Positions 20,895 through 29,672 of a stretch of 64,000 bases of DNA are shown here, piece by piece; the stretch's first letter is position 1; each line of letters opens with the position of its first letter. The stretch covers positions 623 to 64,622 of the forward strand of contig JAFRUZ010000002.1 in the NCBI GenBank assembly GCA_017438635.1. Direction: 5' to 3'. This DNA comes from Bacilli bacterium. GTDB taxonomy: Bacteria > Bacillota_I > Bacilli_A > RF39 > UBA660. A program made the translations under genes and the position numbers. Under the pieces are notes generated by a model. The model worked only from the letters and a program-made list of their open reading frames with translations, searched no databases and had not been told where the DNA came from.

Positions 20895-22644
20895 TTTTAA
20901 GTTCCTCCTCTCCAAGTTGAGAAAGAGCAATTTCCTTATAAACTGAACAATTCTTTAATAGTTTGTCATGAGTTCCAGAACCTACTATCTCACCATCTTC
21001 AATTACAAATATTTGATCAGCGTCTTTTATAGTACCTATACGAGAAGCAACTATTACTACCGTTGCATCCTTTGTATATTTATTTAATTCTTTTCTAAGA
21101 GCAAAATCTGTTTTGTAATCAAGTGCACTAAAAGAGTCATCAAATATATATATTTCGGGATCTCTAGCAATAGCTCTTGCAATAGATAATCTTTGTTTTT
21201 GACCTCCACTTACATTTGTACCTGATTCCGCAAGTGAATAAGAATATGTACCTGGAAGCTTACTTACAAATTCTTCTGCCTGTGCTACTTCTATTGCTTT
21301 TTTTATGTTTTTTTCTGATATCTTTTTATTATTCTTTTTACCAAAACCTACATTCTCTTTTATTGTCCCTTTAAACGTAACTGCTTTTTGAGAAATATAT
21401 CCAATCTTATCATTAAGACTTTCTTCTTTGTATTCTTTTACATTTATTCCATCTACTAGTACTTCACCACTTGTTACATCATAAAGTCTCGGTATTAGAT
21501 TAACAACAGTGCTTTTTCCACTTCCTGTCCTTCCTATAAATGCTATTGTTTCTCCTTTTTTTGCTTTGAAATCTATATCTTTTAAAACATAATCTTCAGC
21601 ATCGGGATATTTAAATGAAACATTTTTAAACTCTATTGTACCTACTTCAGTACCCATTTCTTTAGTACCTTCTACAATAGAACTCTTTGTTTCTAAAACT
21701 TCATTTATTCTCCTTGCTGCAACACTAGCACGTGGATATAGTATAAATATCATTGTAAGCATTGTAAATGACATTACTACTTGCATTGCATAAGCAGAAA
21801 ACACTACCATATCACTAAATAGATTTATTTTATCAAGCATATCTGCTTTGTTAATTAAATATGCTCCGATGAAATATATTGATAAAGATAAACCCGACAT
21901 TATTAAAGTCATAACTGGACTCATAATAGCCATTATTCTAGATGTAAATAAATGAGCACTTGTAAGTTCATTATTAGCATCATCAAATCTATCCATTTGA
22001 TACTTTTCAGCATTATAAGCTCTCACTACACGTATTCCTGTTAAGTTTTCACGAGTAATTCTATTTAAATTATCAGTAAGCCATTGTATCTTTTTAAATT
22101 TTGGAAAGGCTATTAAAATAAGTATTAAAATCATAATAGTTAAAACTACTAATGCCACTCCTGTAGCAAGAGTCCATTCATAACTTTTACCCGCAATTTT
22201 AGTCATAGCCCATATACCCATTATTGGAGCTCTTATTATTACTTGAAGCCCCATAGATATTAGAGTCCCTACTTGCGTAACATCGTTAGTAGTTCTAGTA
22301 ATTAAACTACTAGTAGAAAAGTTCTTTATTTCTTCCATACCAAACTTTTGAGCACTATTAAAAACATCTTTTCTAAGTCTATAAGCAAATGATGCTGCAA
22401 TATAAGCTGCAAAATAACCTACTATAATTGATGTTATTAAACTAGCAAAAGCGCACAAAATCATATACAACCCTGGAGTTAAAACGTCTTTTGTAGTTGT
22501 TCCCTTAGTTTGTATAAGTTTAGTAATCTCATTCATATAATCAGGTATTTTTAATTCAAGCCATACTTGAGTTGCTACAAAACCTATACTAAATATAATA
22601 AATATTATTTGTTTTAACGTTAATTTTTTTACTAATTTAAACAT
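20887..22644 (-). CDS. ABC exporter, fused TMD-NBD (degenerate-site half)
   Basis: GRTGSGKS, VSGGQKQR, Walker B FDDSFS, degenerate H-loop ASRI. Confidence 0.92.
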   Translation of the reverse strand: MFKLVKKLTLKQIIFIIFSIGFVATQVWLELKIPDYMNEITKLIQTKGTTTKDVLTPGLYMILCAFASLITSIIVGYFAAYIAASFAYRLRKDVFNSAQKFGMEEIKNFSTSSLITRTTNDVTQVGTLISMGLQVIIRAPIMGIWAMTKIAGKSYEWTLATGVALVVLTIMILILILIAFPKFKKIQWLTDNLNRITRENLTGIRVVRAYNAEKYQMDRFDDANNELTSAHLFTSRIMAIMSPVMTLIMSGLSLSIYFIGAYLINKADMLDKINLFSDMVVFSAYAMQVVMSFTMLTMIFILYPRASVAARRINEVLETKSSIVEGTKEMGTEVGTIEFKNVSFKYPDAEDYVLKDIDFKAKKGETIAFIGRTGSGKSTVVNLIPRLYDVTSGEVLVDGINVKEYKEESLNDKIGYISQKAVTFKGTIKENVGFGKKNNKKISEKNIKKAIEVAQAEEFVSKLPGTYSYSLAESGTNVSGGQKQRLSIARAIARDPEIYIFDDSFSALDYKTDFALRKELNKYTKDATVVIVASRIGTIKDADQIFVIEDGEIVGSGTHDKLLKNCSVYKEIALSQLGEEELKNA

Positions 22645-22735
22645 ACTTACCTCCCATCATCAGTCTTTATAATTATATGATAAAAACAAAAAAACAGCAA
22701 TGATTTAATAAAAAAAAACCTTATACAAGATAAGG

Positions 22736-23200
22736 TTAATGCTTAATTATAAGTAGAAGTCTAAGAACCCAAACTATAATCAAGCCCACTATTTGAATAA
22801 GACATATAATTCTAGTTAATATTGGAAATATCCCTTTTTTATTATTACTATTTTCTGACAAAAGAAAGAACAAAATTGCAAGTCCTATTTTCAGAACAAG
22901 TATTTTAAGAAACAACCAACTTGATAAAGCTAGAACAAACACAATTACATCCATTGCCTCTACTTTTTTTGGTTTAACACTATCAGTAACTTTAACCTCA
23001 TTTATAGGTTGTTGATCAACATTTTCTTGAGGCGTATAAAGATCATTAACATTATTTTGAATAATATCTTCAGTATTTTGTTAAAGCTGATTGACATCTG
23101 GATTTGATACTGCAGGATTAGTAACTAAACTTGCTCCGCACGCACCACATACTGTAGCTCCTTCTTGATTTAATCCACCACAATTTTGACAACTTATCAC
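22736..23200 (-). pseudogene. Zinc-ribbon membrane protein interrupted by in-frame TAA at 23081-23083
   Basis: GGAGG RBS + GTG; MISCQNCGGLNQEGATVCGACGASL...QL*QNTEDII... continues in frame into the 72-aa TM ORF; paralogous to neighbour. Confidence 0.8.
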
Positions 23201-23227
23201 ATTATTACCTCCACTACTTTTTATAAA

Positions 23228-23689
23228 TTAAAACTTAAAATATTTAAAGAATTCATTCATTATTTCTGAAGATGTAGTAAGTCTAAGTAACAAAGCAATT
23301 ACAATACCAAGTATTTGTAGTGCAGTTACAATTCTAACTAAAACCAAGAAAGCTGAATTTTTACGATTACTACTCTCAGCAATATAAAAGAAAACAAATG
23401 CTATTACTAGTTTGATTAAACGATTAGGAATAAATATATAACTACATACTGAAGCTACAAACATTATAATATGCCAAGGACTAATAAAGGCATATTTATT
23501 CTTAACTTTATTAGCATCTGTAGGACTAGCAAAATCTCTATCATATAAAATGACTCCACTATCTTTCTTTTCATTTTTTGAAACATTGCCAGGCACATTT
23601 TCCAAATTAGTGCCACAAGCGCCACAGACTGTAGTTCCTATTGGACTAAGTCCCCCACATTTTGGACAATTAAACATATTATCACTCAC
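23228..23689 (-). CDS. Zinc-ribbon domain membrane protein
   Basis: CPKCGG...CGACG then about 3 TM segments. Confidence 0.8.
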   Translation of the reverse strand: MSDNMFNCPKCGGLSPIGTTVCGACGTNLENVPGNVSKNEKKDSGVILYDRDFASPTDANKVKNKYAFISPWHIIMFVASVCSYIFIPNRLIKLVIAFVFFYIAESSNRKNSAFLVLVRIVTALQILGIVIALLLRLTTSSEIMNEFFKYFKF

Positions 23690-23704
23690 CTTTTTTATTA
23701 ATCA

Positions 23705-24721
23705 TTAACAAGCATCTGGAGCAGTTCCTATTAAAACTGATTCAGAAGATAAAGTTATTTCACTCGTATAACCAAAACCATTTTTTCCTTCATCTATTAA
23801 GCATACTTTATATACGTAAGAACCATCCATAGTTTTTATTGCTTGCACTTTAGCGTCACTATAACTATTACCAAATGGACTACTTAATAACTTTGTCTCT
23901 AACATATCATTTAACTCTTCCATAGTATAAACTTTAACATTGTCTTTCACTTCATTTACAAGAATATCTGATCTAGCCACTTCAATTAATGTTCCCGCTT
24001 CTAAAACCATTGCTTCTTTCTTTTGCTCATCAGTATTTTCTCCCCAAATAGAGGAATATAATAAGAAAGCTAGAACAGGTAAACCTACAGAAAGAATAAC
24101 CAAAACTATAATAGGTAAAACTGTCGTACCACCCTTCTTTGAACATATTGCCATAAGTTGTTCTTGAGAAAGATTAGCATTTTTACTCTTTATAATAGCA
24201 ACTTTATTATTAACATTCTTTAAATATAAATCTTTAAATTTTATAGCTACAAAGATATTAAATGCAAGTGAAACTAAGAAAGATCCTGCTGCTGCAATAG
24301 TAGGCTGAACTAATAAACCAACTAAAGCACTAACAACAATATTCATACCAAACCATATTAGTAATAATTTATACATTTTTCTATACCAAACATATATCCA
24401 TCCGAAAAGAAATGCCCATATAGAAAACCCACTAGTTTTTATCTTATCTACATTCTTTTTAATATATGCGTTTACTAATACATCATCAACATTATTTAAA
24501 TCTAAACCTGTTACCTCAGGATTAATATTAGGATCATAAATTGGTTCTTGTGCAAACTCTCCCATATCTTGATTATCATAAACTTGTTCTACAAAAACTT
24601 CAGGTTGAGGCATAGTATTTGTATTTTGTTCAACAGGATTATTTATTAAACTAGCACCACAAAAACTACAGTTAGGATTCCCATAACCATTTAATCCACC
24701 ACAGTTTGGACAATTTATCAT
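23705..24721 (-). CDS. Zinc-ribbon + DUF2628-like TM protein with extracellular C-terminal domain
   Basis: CPNCGG...CSFCG; FSIWAFLFGWIYVWYRKMY and KKGGT motifs typical of DUF2628. Confidence 0.75.
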   Translation of the reverse strand: MINCPNCGGLNGYGNPNCSFCGASLINNPVEQNTNTMPQPEVFVEQVYDNQDMGEFAQEPIYDPNINPEVTGLDLNNVDDVLVNAYIKKNVDKIKTSGFSIWAFLFGWIYVWYRKMYKLLLIWFGMNIVVSALVGLLVQPTIAAAGSFLVSLAFNIFVAIKFKDLYLKNVNNKVAIIKSKNANLSQEQLMAICSKKGGTTVLPIIVLVILSVGLPVLAFLLYSSIWGENTDEQKKEAMVLEAGTLIEVARSDILVNEVKDNVKVYTMEELNDMLETKLLSSPFGNSYSDAKVQAIKTMDGSYVYKVCLIDEGKNGFGYTSEITLSSESVLIGTAPDAC

Positions 24722-24855
24722 AGACCCACTCCTTTTCTATATAAATATATAGCATAAAAAGTTCATATATCTCATCACAAAACAACCCACCGATTATAAA
24801 TAAATTATATCACAAAAATAGTAAAACACAAAAAAAACTTAAGATAAATCTTAAG

Positions 24856-25389
24856 TTATTTTCTTATTCTACTTTTACTTTCAAAATCATACATTTTACA
24901 ACCAAATAAATCTTCATATTCTTCTTCAGTAATTATATTAAAAACATAACTATGAATATCGTTAAGATCTCCAAATATCTTATCTAATTCTGAAAAAGTA
25001 ACAGTTTTTTTATTACGTAAATAAGTAATAACTTTGCTATATAATGGAGCAACATATCTACGATATTGACTATCGTGTCTATTATCAGACTCATATCTAG
25101 AAAACAAATCACTTAAACGTATGATATCAGTTACTTTATGATATCTTTCCTCTCTAGTTAATTCATCTTTAGAATTTAAAACATAACCTTCTTCATCTAT
25201 ACCTAATAATTGATCAGTTTCAATATTTCTATACATTTCTAAAGACATATTATCAAGATTTAAGAAATATTTAGTTTTTTCTAAAAGAACATGGTCTTCC
25301 CATAATTGATACTCTTCTAAATACTCACTATATTCATCTTTTGCTTCCATTCCAATATAAAGATCATTAATATTAATTCTTTTATGCAT
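24856..25389 (-). CDS. Hypothetical protein
   Basis: 177-aa ORF with GAGGG RBS and terminator overlapping the stop. Confidence 0.7.
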   Translation of the reverse strand: MHKRININDLYIGMEAKDEYSEYLEEYQLWEDHVLLEKTKYFLNLDNMSLEMYRNIETDQLLGIDEEGYVLNSKDELTREERYHKVTDIIRLSDLFSRYESDNRHDSQYRRYVAPLYSKVITYLRNKKTVTFSELDKIFGDLNDIHSYVFNIITEEEYEDLFGCKMYDFESKSRIRK

Positions 25390-25458
25390 ATACTATCCCT
25401 CACAAGTACAATATAATAACACTTTTATAAAAAAAAATAAAGAGGAATTCCCTCTTTA

Positions 25459-25575
25459 TTAACATCCTCTCAATGAACTTAAAACAATCACTAATAATAT
25501 ATATAAAACTATTGATATTAAAAGTCCAGAAGATGTATTAGGTCTAACTTCTTCATGACATGTATTATTATTCAT
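25459..25575 (-). CDS. YjcZ/SscA-like sporulation micro-protein (38 aa), not in ORF track
   Basis: MNNNTCHEEVRPNTSSGLLISIVLYILLVIVLSSLRGC; AAGGGGGTG RBS. Confidence 0.7.
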   Translation of the reverse strand: MNNNTCHEEVRPNTSSGLLISIVLYILLVIVLSSLRGC

Positions 25576-25587
25576 TACTACACCCCC

Positions 25588-25665
25588 TTAAAACCAAGCA
25601 CCTAATATAATTATTAGTAAGATAAATAAAACTAAAACAATTGCTGATGATTGACCGTAATTCAT
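25588..25665 (-). CDS. YjcZ/SscA family sporulation micro-protein (25 aa), not in ORF track
   Basis: MNYGQSSAIVLVLFILLIIILGAWF matches the family core (AxxVVLFILLIIxGA); AAGGAGG RBS. Confidence 0.85.
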   Translation of the reverse strand: MNYGQSSAIVLVLFILLIIILGAWF

Positions 25666-25696
25666 ATTTATTCCTCCTTTTTTCTTGTTCTAGATT

Positions 25697-25724
25697 ATTT
25701 TATGGAATATATATCATTTTTGTG
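25697..25724 (-). promoter_or_regulatory. Putative sigma-K promoter
   Basis: CACA-16nt-CATAAAAT. Confidence 0.6.
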
Positions 25725-25743
25725 ATTATTTAAACCTATTTTA

Positions 25744-25772
25744 TTGTCAACTTTTAATATTTCTGTTATTAT
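25744..25772 (+). promoter_or_regulatory. sigma-A promoter of prsA
   Basis: TTGTCA-17nt-TATTAT with extended TG. Confidence 0.65.
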
Positions 25773-25799
25773 AGTCATATAACTTTGAAGGAGGAGAAT

Positions 25800-26792
25800 A
25801 TGAAGAACATAAAAAAAATAGTTATATTATCACTAATAATGCTTACAGTAGTAGGTTGTGGAGCTGTTCCCACACTAAAAAACGGAGAACAAAAAGTAGC
25901 ATCACTTAAAAAAGATGGTATTTCAGCAGATGCCCTATATGAAAAGATGAAAACTAAATATGGAGCACAAGAATTTATTGATTTATTAGATACTGAAATA
26001 CTAAATCAAAAATATAAAGAAACAACTACAGAAAAAGAAAATATTAACTCACAAATCGAAGAATTAAAGAAATCTGCTAAAGAAAACAATGTCACTTATG
26101 AACAAATACTTTCATATTATGGATTTGAAAATGAAAAAAGTTTAAAAGATTATTTAAGATTATCATATAGAAGGAAACAAGCAGTTAATGATTATGTTTC
26201 AAAAATGTTAAGTGACAAAGAAATTAAATCATACTATGATAAAAATATATATGGTGATATAAAAGCAAAACACATTTTAATATCACCAAATACTACAAGT
26301 GACATGACTACTGAACAAAAAGAAGAAGCAGAAAATAAAGCTAAGAAACAAGCAGAAGATATCATCAAAAAATTAGATAAAAAAGAAGACTTCAGCAAAC
26401 TAGCTAAGAAGTATTCTGATGATTCAGCTACTGCTAAAAAAGGTGGGGATTTAGGTTGGTTTTCTACAGGAGATATGGTTGCAGAATTTGATGAAGCAGC
26501 ATTTAAACTTAAAAAAGGAACATATACAAAAACCCCAGTAAAGACAACATATGGATATCATATTATCTACAAAGTTGATGAAAAGAAAAAACCTACGTTA
26601 AAAGATTCTAAAAAAACTATAGTTGATGCTCTTGTAAAAGAAAAACTAGAAAAAGATAAAGCATTATACTACACAGCACTTGATAATATAAGAAAAAATG
26701 CTGGTCTAAAATTTGAAGATGATGACCTTAAAAAAGCTTATACTAAATATGTTCAAAATCAAAAATCACAAGCAACTAGTAGTGCACAATAA
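25800..26792 (+). CDS. prsA: Foldase lipoprotein PrsA (parvulin PPIase)
   Basis: Lipobox VVGC, AKHILI, FSKLAKKYSDD, GGDLGWF, YGYHII; AAGGAGG RBS before ATG 25800. Confidence 0.92.
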   Translation: MKNIKKIVILSLIMLTVVGCGAVPTLKNGEQKVASLKKDGISADALYEKMKTKYGAQEFIDLLDTEILNQKYKETTTEKENINSQIEELKKSAKENNVTYEQILSYYGFENEKSLKDYLRLSYRRKQAVNDYVSKMLSDKEIKSYYDKNIYGDIKAKHILISPNTTSDMTTEQKEEAENKAKKQAEDIIKKLDKKEDFSKLAKKYSDDSATAKKGGDLGWFSTGDMVAEFDEAAFKLKKGTYTKTPVKTTYGYHIIYKVDEKKKPTLKDSKKTIVDALVKEKLEKDKALYYTALDNIRKNAGLKFEDDDLKKAYTKYVQNQKSQATSSAQ

Positions 26793-26817
26793 AAGATCGT
26801 ATAAAACGATCTTTTTT
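26791..26817. terminator. Bidirectional intrinsic terminator
   Basis: AAAAGATCGT-ATAAA-ACGATCTTTT between convergent prsA and recX. Confidence 0.85.
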
Positions 26818-27547
26818 AATTTCTAAAACCTTTTTGATATAATTTTTCTTTTATTTTATATTCAAGTTCTTTACCACTATACTTAGAAGACAGTTTCTTT
26901 TTAATTTTTTCATATTCAGCATTATAAGCATCAGATTCATCAATATCATAGTTTTCTAAACAATAAACTATGTCTTCCTTATAGAAACCTTTATCTATTA
27001 AAGATTTAAGTATTTTATTTTTTATCATTAAAGATGATTTATTTCTATTTAAACGTAGTTCTTTTTCAACTACTTTTTTTATTTTTTCACGTTGTAACTC
27101 TTCAGTAAAAGTTTCTAAAGATTCATCAATTAACGACTCTGGTAATTTAAGCATTAAAAGATCATTTTTTATTTTAAGTGGTCCTACTGTCTTTAAATTA
27201 ATTTGATCATATACAAATGCTTGAACATAAACTGATTCATCTAAATAACCATCTTGTTTTAATCTATCAATAACACTATCGACTGTCTTCAAAGAAAAAT
27301 CTTTACTTAAGTATTTTTTTATTTCACTAGCACATCTAAGTCTAATATTTATATATGAAATAGCCTTATAATATGCTTCAAAAAACTCATTATCTTTTAA
27401 ATAAAGATCTAATTCACTTTTACTGATATCATTTTTACTAAGTATATTATGTTTAAGTATAATATCTTCATATATTATATAGTTTTCATCTTCAATTGTT
27501 ACTTTGTATTTACCATTTCCTAAATATTTATACTTTTCTATTTTCAT
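26816..27547 (-). CDS. recX: Regulatory protein RecX
   Basis: AISYINIRLR..SEIKKYL, GYLDE..Y, GPLKIK, LYQKGF. Confidence 0.85.
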   Translation of the reverse strand: MKIEKYKYLGNGKYKVTIEDENYIIYEDIILKHNILSKNDISKSELDLYLKDNEFFEAYYKAISYINIRLRCASEIKKYLSKDFSLKTVDSVIDRLKQDGYLDESVYVQAFVYDQINLKTVGPLKIKNDLLMLKLPESLIDESLETFTEELQREKIKKVVEKELRLNRNKSSLMIKNKILKSLIDKGFYKEDIVYCLENYDIDESDAYNAEYEKIKKKLSSKYSGKELEYKIKEKLYQKGFRN

Positions 27548-27571
27548 ATTTTTCTCCTTAAAGAAAAAGAA

Positions 27572-27772
27572 CTAATTTTTATGAATTTCAATTAGATCTT
27601 TTTCAACTTCTTCAAGTGCTTTTCCTATGTTCTTAGCAGAAACATAAGAGTCTTGTGGCATTTGTAAATGCCCTGTGTCTTTAATTTCATTACTTCTTTG
27701 AGCTACTATATGAACTAAACGATATTTTGAGTCCACATGTTGTAACAACTTATCAATTGATGGATATATCAT
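27572..27772 (-). CDS. rpoZ: RNA polymerase omega subunit
   Basis: MIYPSIDKLL...SKYRLV...GKALEE. Confidence 0.92.
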   Translation of the reverse strand: MIYPSIDKLLQHVDSKYRLVHIVAQRSNEIKDTGHLQMPQDSYVSAKNIGKALEEVEKDLIEIHKN

Positions 27773-27843
27773 TGTATCACACTCCCTAATTTAAGAATAT
27801 AATACAATTAATTGCTTTACAACCTTTTTGTCAAAATTAGACA

Positions 27844-29130
27844 CTATTTTACATCTTTTTTTATGCTATTTAAAATTTCATCAAAGAATTTATCACTTTT
27901 TAAAGTAATAGGATATCTATTTGATATAGCTATTAAGTAAAGTGCTGCTAAAAAGTCTTTTTGAAATATTAAAGCAATATTGAATAATCTCTTATAAACA
28001 GAATCTTTATTAGTAGAATCCATATATTTATTATATATGTATCCAATAAGCATCTTACCTTTTAAGTTTTTATCTAAAGTAATATAATTCAAACTCTTTG
28101 CTTCTCGAATTAGTTTTCTATTAAACTTCTCAATACTATATACACAATCAGTATCAAGATCAAATAATGACCCTAAATATTCTAAAGAAGAGTTTACTTC
28201 TTTTTCTAAACTTTTACCTTGCTTAATATTCAAAAATATATTTTGATATCTTCTATTTTTAAGAATATTAGTAAGTTTAATCTTAGATTCATCTGATATT
28301 AATATCTTTTTTAACAGTTTAATATAATAATCACTAATATTGTTATAATTCTTAGTTAGATGTCCTTTTTTAAATGTATATTTATTCCCATCCATTTTTT
28401 TAAAGTGCTTCATAGTATCGTTATAACCAACTTTAATATTTCTTTTTGCACTTTCAGGATCAAAATCTAAAATAAACTCACTTTTATTATCTTTTTTTAT
28501 GTAATCTATTTTAATATCTTCATCTTTTACTTTTTGTTTAAGACCTATTGCTGATAAATCAACTGCTATTATTTCATCGGCTCCCATATCTATTGCCAAA
28601 TTAATTGGTAAATTGTCATAATAACCACCATCAACATATGCTTCACCATCTATTTTTTTAACTTCAACCATAGGAAAACATGTGGCAGATGCTATTATAT
28701 AAGGAACTAATTTACCTTTTGGAATTTGATCTTTTGTTAAAGCCTTAGGAACTCTATTTTTTAAATTAAATGTGACTAATCCAAAATCTATTTTTGATTT
28801 ACGAATTCTATTTTCATCTAATACACTACTTAGAATAGCTTCTGCTTTATCAAACTTTAATCCTTTATTCTTAATAATATCCTTTGCAATTTTTGGATAC
28901 TCTTTAGTTTTTTTAAATGTATAATTAAACACTTCATTTGAGGACATTTTAAGCCATAGTTTTTTAGCTCTTCGGTAATCTCCAGTACATAACACAGCAC
29001 CATTTAATGCTCCGATAGATGTACCAGTAATGATATCAATTTTTATACCAAGTCTCATCAAAGCTTTATAAACACCAAGCTCATAAGAACCTTTGGCTCC
29101 TCCACCAGACAGTACTAAAGCTCTTTTCAC
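27844..29130 (-). CDS. Patatin-like phospholipase
   Basis: LSGGGAKG, GTSIG, DGG. Confidence 0.9.
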   Translation of the reverse strand: MKRALVLSGGGAKGSYELGVYKALMRLGIKIDIITGTSIGALNGAVLCTGDYRRAKKLWLKMSSNEVFNYTFKKTKEYPKIAKDIIKNKGLKFDKAEAILSSVLDENRIRKSKIDFGLVTFNLKNRVPKALTKDQIPKGKLVPYIIASATCFPMVEVKKIDGEAYVDGGYYDNLPINLAIDMGADEIIAVDLSAIGLKQKVKDEDIKIDYIKKDNKSEFILDFDPESAKRNIKVGYNDTMKHFKKMDGNKYTFKKGHLTKNYNNISDYYIKLLKKILISDESKIKLTNILKNRRYQNIFLNIKQGKSLEKEVNSSLEYLGSLFDLDTDCVYSIEKFNRKLIREAKSLNYITLDKNLKGKMLIGYIYNKYMDSTNKDSVYKRLFNIALIFQKDFLAALYLIAISNRYPITLKSDKFFDEILNSIKKDVK

Positions 29131-29231
29131 AATATCACCTCTCTAACATTATAACACTATTTCTATGTTTTGTTTATAGTAGAGAGACATACTTTACATA
29201 TAAAAAATAAAAACTGCTAAAGCAGTCTTTA

Positions 29232-29576
29232 TTAATAATTACAACAAGAACCACAATCTACATTAGTACATACATTTTCTTCACAACATGAGTAATCTGG
29301 TCTATAAGTATGTTTAAAAATATGATGATTGATTATTTTAGTTCTAATTGGACAAACATGTGGAACTATATGTTCAAAAGTCCTATTTACAACTCTTTCT
29401 CTCATAGGTTCAATAATTGGAGTCCCAGTACTTACACCTCCGAAACTCATTGGACCATTATTTAAATTTTGGCCTTGTTCAAAATCAATATCAATAGTAC
29501 CACTATTGTTAGTAATATCAATTGCACCATCTTGACCAGGCATCATAAATGGATTTTGATTAGCATTATCAAACAT
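29232..29576 (-). CDS. CotD-like inner spore coat protein
   Basis: EHIVPHVCPIRTKIINHHIFKHTY resembles the CotD His-rich core; Cys-rich tail; AGGAGG RBS. Confidence 0.65.
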   Translation of the reverse strand: MFDNANQNPFMMPGQDGAIDITNNSGTIDIDFEQGQNLNNGPMSFGGVSTGTPIIEPMRERVVNRTFEHIVPHVCPIRTKIINHHIFKHTYRPDYSCCEENVCTNVDCGSCCNY

Positions 29577-29672
29577 TATATATCCTCCTATCTAGTGTAT
29601 ACTATTCAAAAGGATAAATACTGTATAATCAAAACACATAAAAAGTACACCGAAGTGTACTTAATTTTTATA

